Virus record (IMG/VR): IMGVR_UViG_3300040856_003274
Location: 1-64,000 of that record
Reading direction: 5' to 3' (one strand)
Origin: a virus
Length of the DNA stretch: 64,000 bases
In this document: in pieces, positions 49,639 to 58,760 of the stretch
Numbering within the stretch: position 1 is the first letter of the stretch
Layout of the letters: the number at the start of each line of letters is the position of its first letter
Made by a program: the position numbers and the translations under genes
The notes under the pieces: generated by a model
Databases searched by the model: none
What the model saw: the letters and a program-made list of their open reading frames with translations, nothing else
Told to the model about the DNA's origin: nothing

Positions 49639-52115
49639 TACCAAATATTAGGCTTAGCAGAAGTACCCCACATAGCTTTTAAGCCCTCAGAGGAAGCCAC
49701 CTTACGTCTCAGGTGAATATGAGGCTCTATTTTGCGCCAAAATGCTGTGCTCTTGAGAAGATACTCTATCTTGTGCTGTGGAGCATTTATATCGAACGCA
49801 TAGAGCTTTACATCAGCCTTACCTGGAGCGCCGTGATAGATCACATTGCCGTATTCAGCATAGTAAACAATGACCCCTACCATAAGAGGTGAGGTAATCG
49901 CCCAATTCCCGTAATCGTTAACATTGACTTTCCAAACGTTAGGCTTAGGGGGAGTACCCCATTTGAGCTCAATCTTTTTCTTATTTGGTGACGCTATGCT
50001 AGCAACCTTAGGGATAGTGAGATTAATCTTCCCTGACTGGATAGCAGGCTTAATGACATTCTTCCAAAGTGCAGGATGCGCCATTAGCTCTACGCTAAGC
50101 TTAAGACTATGCTTATCTAAGAGTTTGAGCGTAACTACTTCCCCGCCTCTCTCCATATACTCTAGCTTAGAGTAAGAGCCTTGCTTAAACGTGAGGAAGA
50201 TGCTCCCAACCATCGCAGGTGAGTGTACCACGTAGCCCTCTTCACCTCTACCCGTAAACTGTAGGAGCTTGTTCTCTACCACCTTCCACATATTAGGTTT
50301 AGGAGGGTCGCCCCATTGGAGCTTAATGTCTGTCGGAGGCGCAAGCCAGTCATTCGCGATCTTCATGGATTTCCACCCGCCAGTCATTTTTTCAGGATGC
50401 CTTTTCTTAAACAGTTTTACTAACTCCCAACCCTTAGGGCTCAAATAAAAATCAACGGCGCTCTGAAAGTCATCCTTAGTCCTGTGTCTTGAGAGGACTT
50501 CTCTCCCATAGCGGCTCTGATAACTGAGCTCCCAAGCACCTTGCCACCTGCCGATGCTAAACACGCTCTTATCAAACGCTGAAGAGATGATTAAACCAAT
50601 AGGTTGGCCTGCCTTTTCAGGGTTAGGGCTGTAGACTATCTTAGTCTTCCACATGTTAGGTTTAGGAGGATCGCCCCACTGAACCGTATAACTTCCGCTG
50701 TCAGAAGCTACTTTGGTATTAAACGCTTCTATCGAGAAGTTGCCTAGGGCGCTCTTTATCTGAGCCCAACCCTTTTCGCTCAAGAAGAAGTCTAGCGCCT
50801 CTTCAAAGTTAACACGCTCGCTCAGAAAACTATGTAAATCTTCATATGGGTCGCCGTCGTCTCCTTCAAAAATGATGTACCACCGACCACGAAACTTAGA
50901 CAAAGTAATAGATGTGTGGGGGAGGAGAACAGGAGAAGTTACCACTGCTTGCCCGTCATTCTCGCTAATCTTAATTACAGACACCTTCCACAGGTTAGGC
51001 TTAGGAGGGTCACCCCACATAGCTTTTAAGCCGTTAGAGGAAGCCACCTTGGTTTTAAAGATACCACCCTTCTTTCGCATAAAATCTTTAATCCAACTCC
51101 AGCCCTCTTGACTTAAGAAACGATCTCTCGCCCTCTCAAAAGTGTTAGCTTCAAACTCTATAATATGGTGCTCTTCGTTGTAAGGATTAAAAGATACCTC
51201 CCATGTACCCTCCGCTAGCTCCGTGAGCGTAATGTTCGACATATTTCCGCCGTAAAGATTAGGGCAAGTGACCTCCATCCACTCCCTCTCCCGATAAGCA
51301 CTATCACGATAAGTACCCGTTTTGACTTTCCACATGTTAGGTTTAGGCGGGTCACCCCACATAACTTTTAAGCCACTAGAGGAAGCTACCCTTGTTTTGA
51401 AGACCTGCTTTCCACCTCTCGATGACCTTATCGCTAACCAACGACCTATCATGTCCCAACCCTTTTCGCTTAAGAAAATAGATAACGCTTTCTCAAAGTC
51501 AGGAGCCGAAAACGTACCTATCCTTTCATAAACGTCGTCCATGCTAGGGGAATACTCTATCGACCACTTATCTAATCCTTCGAGCCACCGTAAATAAAAA
51601 GAAGTGTCTTCCCCCTCAAGGAGAGGCGACTCAACAACCGCTTGCCCTCCCCCAAGATCAGATCTGTCTACCCAAACCTTCCACGCATTAGGCTTAGGCG
51701 GATTACCCCAACGAGGCTTAAGATTAGGCGCAATATCCATAGATGCCACCTTCGAGCCCCCATGCGTTAACTTGATCCTCCCGTCAAAAATCTTAGGCTC
51801 GACGTAGGCTTTATAAAACTCATGGGACGTGATCTCGCTAAGAGGCATATTAGGATGGTTTCTAGGCTCTAAAGAGATCACGTCTGAGTAGTAATCCTCA
51901 ACGTATCCGCTACAAGCAGAGGCTCGCACCTTAGGGTCATGTACGATCCTAATGTAACCCTTTATCAAAGGGGAGCTCACTCGAAGCGTCTCGCTAATAA
52001 CAATGTGTCCAGGAGGCTTTAATTCTTGCTCCACTTTCCAAATGTTAGGCTTAGGGGGATCTCCCCATTGAAACTTAATGTCGTGTCTCGGCTTGAGCTT
52101 AGTATCATCCATCAT
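49629..52115 (-). CDS. WGxPPKPNxWK-module repeat protein C (7 modules plus terminal stub)
   Basis: eight motif copies; linkers KVASM, RVASS, KVASS, KVASD, KIAND, KVASI, KVASS; GAGGAG RBS before 52115. Confidence 0.88.
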   Translation of the reverse strand: MMDDTKLKPRHDIKFQWGDPPKPNIWKVEQELKPPGHIVISETLRVSSPLIKGYIRIVHDPKVRASACSGYVEDYYSDVISLEPRNHPNMPLSEITSHEFYKAYVEPKIFDGRIKLTHGGSKVASMDIAPNLKPRWGNPPKPNAWKVWVDRSDLGGGQAVVESPLLEGEDTSFYLRWLEGLDKWSIEYSPSMDDVYERIGTFSAPDFEKALSIFLSEKGWDMIGRWLAIRSSRGGKQVFKTRVASSSGLKVMWGDPPKPNMWKVKTGTYRDSAYREREWMEVTCPNLYGGNMSNITLTELAEGTWEVSFNPYNEEHHIIEFEANTFERARDRFLSQEGWSWIKDFMRKKGGIFKTKVASSNGLKAMWGDPPKPNLWKVSVIKISENDGQAVVTSPVLLPHTSITLSKFRGRWYIIFEGDDGDPYEDLHSFLSERVNFEEALDFFLSEKGWAQIKSALGNFSIEAFNTKVASDSGSYTVQWGDPPKPNMWKTKIVYSPNPEKAGQPIGLIISSAFDKSVFSIGRWQGAWELSYQSRYGREVLSRHRTKDDFQSAVDFYLSPKGWELVKLFKKRHPEKMTGGWKSMKIANDWLAPPTDIKLQWGDPPKPNMWKVVENKLLQFTGRGEEGYVVHSPAMVGSIFLTFKQGSYSKLEYMERGGEVVTLKLLDKHSLKLSVELMAHPALWKNVIKPAIQSGKINLTIPKVASIASPNKKKIELKWGTPPKPNVWKVNVNDYGNWAITSPLMVGVIVYYAEYGNVIYHGAPGKADVKLYAFDINAPQHKIEYLLKSTAFWRKIEPHIHLRRKVASSEGLKAMWGTSAKPNIWYYR

Positions 52116-52461
52116 TAGACTCCTCTTTAGGTTCAGTAGGTTCTTTAGGTTCAGTAGGTATAACACCTGACACTATTAAGACTTTCTTCTTTAACACCTT
52201 CACTAAAAAAGCATTAAGCGCCCCCGCAGAAGCCCCTAACCACAAGTCAAGTACGTCATAGCTCAATGACCAACCCACAAAACCCCCCACAAACACAGCG
52301 GCTAATCTAATCACTGCGTCAGCCTTCTCATTACATGTCCTGAAGATAAAAGGCTTCACTGCCTGAGTCACCGCAAAACTCAACACCGAGGCTATACACA
52401 CTAAGTATACATGCCCCATGTGCGGCTCAACTGGCGCTGCCGATATGCCTGCTAATAACAT
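52105..52461 (-). CDS. small multi-TM membrane protein (holin-like candidate)
   Basis: three hydrophobic helices, charged C-terminus with TEPKEP repeat. Confidence 0.5.
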   Translation of the reverse strand: MLLAGISAAPVEPHMGHVYLVCIASVLSFAVTQAVKPFIFRTCNEKADAVIRLAAVFVGGFVGWSLSYDVLDLWLGASAGALNAFLVKVLKKKVLIVSGVIPTEPKEPTEPKEESNDG

Positions 52462-52566
52462 CTCATTCCCCTTTCTTAACATTAAGGTCGTCTTTAACCC
52501 TTATATAGATATAACACTATTAGAGACACCTACCCCCAACACCACGCTAAGAAAAGACCCTCCCAC

Positions 52567-53268
52567 ATGATTGACAACCTCAAAATATCTATACACGGGT
52601 CATGCGTCACTAGAGATGCCTTCAACTACCCTCCCTTCGGTAAAGAACATATCCATTACTATCAGGCTCGGTCTTCTCTCTGTACAAAACATCTCCCCCC
52701 CGCTCAACCTCCCCAAGCCCTCTTAGACGCGCTCTCTAATAAGTTTAAAACAAAAATGCTCACCTTTGACCTCTCAAGAGCACCTATACCAAACCAATAC
52801 CCTGTCATCTTCGACCTCATAGATGAACGCTTTGAGGTATGTGAGTATCAAGGTGTCTCATACACCCAGTCTGAGAACCCACAAGGGATCACACCCTCCA
52901 TCATACACCCAAAACACTCTCAAGAGAGATTAGACCTCTTCTCTCAAGGTGTCTCTCACATATATCACCGACTCAAAGAAACTCCCGTTCTACTCCATAA
53001 AGCCCATTACGCTACACAATACCGTTGCTCTGTAGACTCTACCCTTAAACCCCTGCCTACAGATAAAGAACACATCAAAGCTATGAACGCATACCTCGAC
53101 ACCCTACACGACGCTTTCTTACAAGCTGTCCCACACGCTATCCCCATAGAGGTAGACCAGTCCCTTAGAGTCGCTAACCCAAACCACATATGGGGACTCG
53201 CACCCTATCACTACATAGATGACTATTACGCGTCCTTACAAAGGCTCATACTCGACGCTCTAAAATAA
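52567..53268 (+). CDS. DUF6270-like protein (polysaccharide-associated SGNH-like)
   Basis: IHGSCVTRD, Y.ARSS, DLIDERF, H.WG.APYHY..DYY. Confidence 0.7.
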   Translation: MIDNLKISIHGSCVTRDAFNYPPFGKEHIHYYQARSSLCTKHLPPAQPPQALLDALSNKFKTKMLTFDLSRAPIPNQYPVIFDLIDERFEVCEYQGVSYTQSENPQGITPSIIHPKHSQERLDLFSQGVSHIYHRLKETPVLLHKAHYATQYRCSVDSTLKPLPTDKEHIKAMNAYLDTLHDAFLQAVPHAIPIEVDQSLRVANPNHIWGLAPYHYIDDYYASLQRLILDALK

Positions 53269-53329
53269 CCCTCCGCCAGCCCCCCCCCTGCTCACTTCTC
53301 GCTTCTGACGAAATGTTTACAGCTAGGGC

Positions 53330-53530
53330 GCAAATTGTTTTCAAATTAATTTGACCCTCCGAGCAAATTAATTTGGGATCAGAGCAAATTGTTTTCAAAT
53401 TAATTTGACCGAGAACCCGCTTTAGTAAGCTATTCTTGCCCAAATTAATTTGGAGTAAGAGCAAATTGTTTTCAAATTAATTTGGGTTTTGGGGCAAATT
53501 AATTTGGGCTTAAGGCAAATTGTTTTCAAA
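53330..53530. repeat. AT-rich iteron array, candidate replication origin
   Basis: 6x palindrome CAAATTAATTTG and 4x GCAAATTGTTTTCAAA in a non-coding gap; G/C skew flips here. Confidence 0.75.
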
Positions 53531-53765
53531 CCCCAGTCAAAATGTTTTTAAAAACCTGTGTCCTGAGAGAGCCTCTTAGGGGGGTTTGTCCTTACCGCGT
53601 CTCAACGAGACGTAGGTCAGACCTTGAAAACCTTAAATCCGCAAGAAAAACGAAAAGGCGAAGAGTCTTGCGGATTTTGGGGTCTAGATTTCTTAGGGGA
53701 GAGCATGGGCTCGAAAAGCGCCGACTCAATTCTATATTTTGAGGTCTAAGGAAGCCTTGCAGGGG

Positions 53766-54320
53766 TCAGCGTTTGCGCCTCTTGTGGTTAGAGGTGAGGT
53801 TAGCGAGCGCCTCATAGGGTATGACGACCATTTGCGGATTTCTTGTGTCCCCTCGCGAGGGCTTTTGCTTAGGTTTATTGCTACGGTGAGGATAGACGTT
53901 GAGCTCCCATGATCTCCTCTTAGAGCTTATGGCTCTCTTGCGCCATCCGTTGAGACTAATCTCCTCAAGCTGGGTGTCATTCATCCCGCCGTCGAACATA
54001 GAGATGACCCTAACAGACGCGCCATGTTTCTCTGCGAGATCGAAGTAGGGTTTACACTCGTATTGGGTAGCGAAGATGTTGTGTACGATGACGGTAGAGA
54101 TTGTGTCGTCTTGTAGGGAGTCCTCAACGCGCTTTAAGCAGTCAGCGTATGCTTCAGGGAGCTTGTTAGGGTCGAAGATCGTTTCCTCACTCTCCTCGTC
54201 GTAGAAGAAATCTTCAATAGCGTGAGCTACGCAGTCATCGTTTCCCTGAACCATGATATCGGCTACCTCAGTTTTGCCTGCGGAGGGTAGCCCTCTTAAT
54301 ATGTAAAGTTGCTTGTCCAT
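53766..54320 (-). CDS. P-loop kinase (AAA_33/N4BP2-like)
   Basis: ILRGLPSAGKT Walker A, VIVHN. Confidence 0.8.
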   Translation of the reverse strand: MDKQLYILRGLPSAGKTEVADIMVQGNDDCVAHAIEDFFYDEESEETIFDPNKLPEAYADCLKRVEDSLQDDTISTVIVHNIFATQYECKPYFDLAEKHGASVRVISMFDGGMNDTQLEEISLNGWRKRAISSKRRSWELNVYPHRSNKPKQKPSRGDTRNPQMVVIPYEALANLTSNHKRRKR

Positions 54321-54376
54321 AATATCGTCCTTGGTTTGTGATTGGAGGGCGATTTTATGGGCGAGCTATCGGTAAG

Positions 54377-54940
54377 TCAAGGGTGCTGTTGCAGGTTACA
54401 GAGGGCTCCGAGCATATCTAAGAGAGTAGGGTCTTGGGAATTGAAGCCGTTGTTACGGACATACGTTTTGAGCTTTTCTTGAACCATTGCGATATTGTCG
54501 GATCGCTCGATTTGCTCCTGAGTGAGGATCTCTTTAATCTCCCATGTACGGAGATTAAAGGTAGCCTCGTTTCCGTGGAAGTCTTTGAGGAGGAAGACAT
54601 TTTCTTCGTCAGTGGCTTCCCAAGAGATTTGGGCTTGCTCTCCGCAGATTGTTGTACGCATGAACCCATTAGATGAGGGTACGAAGGGGTGTTCAGTGAG
54701 AAGGGTTTCCTCTCCGAGGTATGGGTAGGTAGTTGAGGGGTTGTATTTAGGGAGGTTAGCGCCTTCAGTCTCTACCTTAAGGGGCTTGATTGACTTTAGA
54801 GCTTCTTTAAAAGGGTCTTTGGTCGGGTAGGCTTGGAAGACTTTGAAGAAGAAAGGAGCGCCGTGGGTGTTTGGGAGCTCAAGGCTGACTTCAGCCTCAT
54901 AGTTTTTAGAGTTAACGGTGTCGGTGGCGAACAATCGCAT
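54377..54940 (-). CDS. hypothetical protein
   Basis: 187-aa ORF. Confidence 0.65.
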   Translation of the reverse strand: MRLFATDTVNSKNYEAEVSLELPNTHGAPFFFKVFQAYPTKDPFKEALKSIKPLKVETEGANLPKYNPSTTYPYLGEETLLTEHPFVPSSNGFMRTTICGEQAQISWEATDEENVFLLKDFHGNEATFNLRTWEIKEILTQEQIERSDNIAMVQEKLKTYVRNNGFNSQDPTLLDMLGALCNLQQHP

Positions 54941-55035
54941 GGTTTCTCATCTTTCTTGATAAGTGAATGTGCGGTATAGATGGTGTCGAGCTTGTCTTAC
55001 TTGCTCTACACTTACTTAACGGGGGAGAGCCCAAA

Positions 55036-55548
55036 ATGATAACGCTGAATCGTAAAAAATATGTTGAAGACCTGATGGAGCTCTCTTTGAGCTTCGCAGA
55101 AAATTGTATAGGTCAAGTGACTTTACCCTTCGTTTTGTATGTGAACGAGGTGGAAGACCTGGACAACTATATTCTTAGCTCAAGTGTGCGGGTTTTTAAC
55201 TTTGAGGACGACGCGTGCCTCGAAGAGGACTGCCCCGTGTGTAAAGGGGAGGCGCTTCCTCATGCTTATTATGAGAGATTAGAGATTAAAGAGGTGTGTG
55301 AGAGCTCTTACGTGTATGGTTACTTGTTTGGAGCGACAGCTCGCGCTGAGATCGCGGGTCAAGAAGGGGAGATTTTGATTATAATCTACGAGGGGGAGTT
55401 TGAGCCTGCTGTTTTAGCGGTGATTTTAGAGGATGACGGGAGTCTAACCCCCTTACCGCCACTTGTAGGGGAAGAGGCGATCAAGACATCAGGAGAAGTG
55501 ACGAGTTGTTTTCTTGGGACATACACAAAAGACCTGACAGTACACTAA
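55036..55548 (+). CDS. acidic hypothetical protein
   Basis: GGAGAG RBS before the ATG at 55036. Confidence 0.65.
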   Translation: MITLNRKKYVEDLMELSLSFAENCIGQVTLPFVLYVNEVEDLDNYILSSSVRVFNFEDDACLEEDCPVCKGEALPHAYYERLEIKEVCESSYVYGYLFGATARAEIAGQEGEILIIIYEGEFEPAVLAVILEDDGSLTPLPPLVGEEAIKTSGEVTSCFLGTYTKDLTVH

Positions 55549-55561
55549 CAGGAGCACGTAC

Positions 55562-55744
55562 ATGAGCTTTAAGATTAAGACAGAGCACTCAACAGGCCAT
55601 CAAATCGTGACATTCGGCGGTAAGAAAGCCTTAATTCGAGACGAATGGGTGCTTATTTGCGCTTTTGACGAGTCTAAGAAAGCATGGATACCGAAAACTT
55701 ATGATATCCAAGCGATCTTAGACTACTTTAACGGCTTAAGTTAG
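55562..55744 (+). CDS. small hypothetical protein
   Basis: AGGAG RBS, 60 aa. Confidence 0.6.
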   Translation: MSFKIKTEHSTGHQIVTFGGKKALIRDEWVLICAFDESKKAWIPKTYDIQAILDYFNGLS

Positions 55745-56305
55745 GTAGCGGAGGGAGTCGAGGGTTTCAGAGGTAGCTCTCCACACGTTTTTAGGCACTT
55801 TAGATACGAGAGGAAGACCTCCTGCCTCTCTCTCGTTAAGAATACGGTTACGAGCGTGGTATTGAGCCCTTTGATGGGTTCTCTCGCGCTCAACACCTGG
55901 ATCATCGACGAGAGCATTAAATAATACGAACAAGATTAGAGCGATGCCCGCGCCAGGGATGAAATAGGCGAGTGTAGCCGCGACGACTGCAATGCCTAAA
56001 ACAGAGTTGCTGATCCCCAGCTCTTTACGGAAAAAGTGGGTAAAGAACTCCTTAACCTTCTGAAAAGAGCTCCGTGGAGGTACTTTTTCGAGGGATTTCA
56101 TAAACTCAGGGTTTCTTTGGAGCTCTCGGACAGCCTTTTTGATGTCTCGCTCAGGCATGTAGAGAAGAGCTTTCTCAACGCCTTTGCCAAAGGAGCTGAG
56201 CATAGACAGCACCTTTTCTTTAAGCCTTTGGAGGGCGGCTTCTTTCTCAATGTGGGCAACTCTGTGTTGGAGGCTAGCGAGCCTCATCATTTGTTGATTG
56301 TTCAC
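55736..56305 (-). CDS. membrane protein with RLAS leader
   Basis: MRLASLQHRVAHIEKEAA leader, two TM helices; upstream TAATGTCTCTATA. Confidence 0.65.
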   Translation of the reverse strand: MNNQQMMRLASLQHRVAHIEKEAALQRLKEKVLSMLSSFGKGVEKALLYMPERDIKKAVRELQRNPEFMKSLEKVPPRSSFQKVKEFFTHFFRKELGISNSVLGIAVVAATLAYFIPGAGIALILFVLFNALVDDPGVERERTHQRAQYHARNRILNEREAGGLPLVSKVPKNVWRATSETLDSLRYLT

Positions 56306-56355
56306 TATCTTAATCTTTCTTAAGTGGGTGTTTGAGGGGGATACAGCTACTAATC

Positions 56356-57123
56356 TTATAGAGACATTACTAATCTAGCGTAATCTTCTGCTTTAGCGAG
56401 CTCTACGGCGGTATTTACTCCGTGGAGCTCGCGAACGGCTTCTCCTCTCAAGATCGGACAAAGTATTTTAATTTTTTTCCTGTACGCGTATTCGATCATA
56501 TCTGTGAGGTAATACTCCCCCTGCGCGTTGTCTGTCCCTACCGTGTCGAGCGCCTCGAAAAGGAGCTTAGCGTCTACACGGTACAAGCCTGTATTGACCT
56601 CTTTGACTTCCAACTCTTCATGTGAGCAGTCTCTCGCTTCGCGGATAGCGCAGAGGTTACCTTTCTGATCTCTCAGTAACCGCCCACACATATAAGAGTA
56701 TTGGTCCCTCTCAGCGCCCACCACTAACATCTTACAGTCCTCAGAAGGTTTCTTAAGATCGAGCATAAGCTGTGCAGACAGGTTAGGTGTATCTCCTGAG
56801 ATGATCCACACATCGCCGTTAAGATTACCTAGCTCCTTACGAGCACTCATTACAGCATCTGCTGTCCCCCTCTGTTCTTCCTGTAGAGCCCATGAGATTA
56901 CATCGCTCTTAATGTGCTTTTGTACGGTGCGGATTACAGCATCTGCTTCATGTCCTACGACGATGATCACTTTCTCCATACCTGCTTTAAGGGCTGAGCG
57001 GGCAACTCTTACGATCATAGGAACACCGAGGACAGTATGTAAGACTTTAGGTTTGCTTGAGCCCATACGAGTACCTTTACCTGCGGCAAGAATAATCGCG
57101 GTTTGGGGTTGGGTTGTTTTCAT
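56356..57123 (-). CDS. glmU: GlcNAc-1-P uridylyltransferase (GlmU N-terminal domain only)
   Basis: LAAGKGTRM.S.KPKVLH, Q.EQRGTADAV, GDTP, EVNTG, NAQGEYYLTD, GVNT; no hexapeptide domain. Confidence 0.88.
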   Translation of the reverse strand: MKTTQPQTAIILAAGKGTRMGSSKPKVLHTVLGVPMIVRVARSALKAGMEKVIIVVGHEADAVIRTVQKHIKSDVISWALQEEQRGTADAVMSARKELGNLNGDVWIISGDTPNLSAQLMLDLKKPSEDCKMLVVGAERDQYSYMCGRLLRDQKGNLCAIREARDCSHEELEVKEVNTGLYRVDAKLLFEALDTVGTDNAQGEYYLTDMIEYAYRKKIKILCPILRGEAVRELHGVNTAVELAKAEDYARLVMSL

Positions 57124-57183
57124 GCGGTTACTCCAAGATTAGGTTTACTAGAGCCTAAATAAGAAAAGTAGTAAACTCCAGGC

Positions 57184-57236
57184 AGAAAGCCCCCCGCCGT
57201 AGCAATCCTAAGATCACTAGGGCGGGGGGCTTTCCT
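57184..57236 (-). terminator. terminator of the leftward cassette operon
   Basis: GAAAGCCCCCCGCC...GGCGGGGGGCTTTC 14-bp stem. Confidence 0.75.
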
Positions 57237-57237
57237 T

Positions 57238-57480
57238 TTAATCGTCTGACTCTTCCTCGTCCTCACCATCGTGGTCGTGGTCGTTCCACTCTTCGAGTGT
57301 ATCGACCATGCTACAGCCACAGCCACCCATGTAGCCGTGGTCGTTGTCGAGGATCATTTGCAGTTGCGCGACCCAATACGCGTTAGCGCGGGCTTGCGCG
57401 TGGTCAGGTACGAGGCTCGTAGCCTCTGAAGCGAGCTCTCTCATCTCTTGGATGATTTGCTCAAAACGATATGCGCTCAT
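57238..57480 (-). CDS. small acidic hypothetical protein
   Basis: AGGAG RBS directly after a hairpin repeat. Confidence 0.7.
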   Translation of the reverse strand: MSAYRFEQIIQEMRELASEATSLVPDHAQARANAYWVAQLQMILDNDHGYMGGCGCSMVDTLEEWNDHDHDGEDEEESDD

Positions 57481-57502
57481 AGTAGTCTCCTATGTGTGAG
57501 CT

Positions 57503-57590
57503 TTTAAGATTAAGGGAGTCTCTAGGACTCCCGACACCTTATCCCCCCACCGTCTGATCTGCACTAGGGCATCTCAGAGGGTGAGGGTTT
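57503..57590 (-). repeat. intergenic double-hairpin repeat, copy 1
   Basis: 50 bp identical to 58028-58077; GGGAGTC-N5-GACTCCC hairpin plus long CCCTCACC/GGTGGGG stem. Confidence 0.9.
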
Positions 57591-57626
57591 AAGATTAGGG
57601 TGAGGGTTTCCTCGTAGAGGAAAAGG

Positions 57627-58010
57627 TTAAGGCTGTGTCGCCAACCTAACCTTGTCGATCTCTACGAGTATGGAAAAGCCTTCCTCAGCGATCTCCTCAA
57701 CGCTCTTGACTTGCTTGAGCGCGAGGTCTTCACGCTCAAAAGTCACCGTATCTGAAGATTTCGTGACTTTATAACCGACACAGAGCGCACGAACGCGCCC
57801 CATTACGGTTGCGCTCGCCCCGTTCCAACAGTCACCCTTGAAGGTGACTTTGAGTCCACCTTTAAGGGGCTCAATCACCGCCAAACGGCATTGGTAACAG
57901 TTGACGTAGATGACCTTATCAAGAGGTAAAACCTCTAAGTTGCCTTTCGCAAGGGAACCTGAGGTTTTACCCAAGATGTGTCTCCACATCTCTTTTTCCA
58001 CTTTTCGCAT
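57627..58010 (-). CDS. hypothetical protein
   Basis: AAGGAG RBS directly after a hairpin repeat. Confidence 0.7.
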   Translation of the reverse strand: MRKVEKEMWRHILGKTSGSLAKGNLEVLPLDKVIYVNCYQCRLAVIEPLKGGLKVTFKGDCWNGASATVMGRVRALCVGYKVTKSSDTVTFEREDLALKQVKSVEEIAEEGFSILVEIDKVRLATQP

Positions 58011-58027
58011 TTGATCTCCTTAAATGC

Positions 58028-58121
58028 TTTAAGATTAAGGGAGTCTCTAGGACTCCCGACACCTTATCCCCCCACCGCCCAACCTGCTTAGAGCAGATTA
58101 GAGGGTGAGGGTTAAGGTGTT
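58028..58121 (-). repeat. intergenic double-hairpin repeat, copy 2
   Basis: as copy 1, with outer ACACCTTA/TAAGGTGT stem. Confidence 0.9.
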
Positions 58122-58160
58122 TTAGACTCGGTAGCGGGCGCGGGTTAGAGGAGGTGCGTT

Positions 58161-58679
58161 TTACTTAACTTCCTTCACCCATAGGTTACCATCGCGAAGG
58201 TAACCTCGAATTTGAAAAAAATCCGAGGTTACCTTCACTTGGTACGTCCCCCTCTTGGTGAGTTGCTCACCTGGAGGAAGATCCTTCCTCACCATGTGCA
58301 AGACTGTCCCCCCTCGCGGAGTAACAAGCCTTTCACACATCTCTGCTATATCGGAAGCGATAGCTAATGTTGTTGTGTTCAAAACGTAGGTGCTGAACAC
58401 AATCTCAAACGAGTTTACAGGGAGCTTGTTAGAGACTCCCTCCCACCCACTCACATCATCTTCCCCGTTGAACGGGTCATACGCGTAAACGCGATGACCC
58501 ATCTTGCGGAGCGCATCAGCATGGCGACCATGCCCTGCGCCGAAGTCCAAGATGTACATACTGTCATCATAGTCTCCGAAAAACTCTAACAGCTCTTTAT
58601 TGGGCTTCGCATTTTTCATTGCGGTCTTGGCTGATGCCGCTTCAGAGTACAACTCCGAGTCCGTTTTTTGCTCGCTCAT
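58161..58679 (-). CDS. class I SAM-dependent methyltransferase
   Basis: LDFGAGHGR, AYDP, FEIVFSTYVLN, T.RGTYQ. Confidence 0.8.
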   Translation of the reverse strand: MSEQKTDSELYSEAASAKTAMKNAKPNKELLEFFGDYDDSMYILDFGAGHGRHADALRKMGHRVYAYDPFNGEDDVSGWEGVSNKLPVNSFEIVFSTYVLNTTTLAIASDIAEMCERLVTPRGGTVLHMVRKDLPPGEQLTKRGTYQVKVTSDFFQIRGYLRDGNLWVKEVK

Positions 58680-58706
58680 AGTAACTCCTATTAATGTGAG
58701 CGTTTT

Positions 58707-58734
58707 AGATTAAGGGAGTCACTAGGACTCCCGA
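58707..58734 (-). repeat. partial hairpin repeat, copy 3
   Basis: AGATTAAGGGAGTCACTAGGACTCCCGA. Confidence 0.85.
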
Positions 58735-58760
58735 AAACGATGGGGAGCGACCGCCCCCCT

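Noticed and set aside
36411-52115. Diversity-generating retroelement behind the module variation
   Set aside because: There is no reverse transcriptase in the window and no TR/VR pair differing only at adenines.
53330-53530. CRISPR array
   Set aside because: Repeats are 12-24 bp with short, irregular spacers and no cas genes; this fits iterons better.
53246-53742. Short ORFs 53246-53464 and 53542-53742
   Set aside because: They overlap or adjoin the iteron array, lack an RBS, and the first simply translates the repeat.
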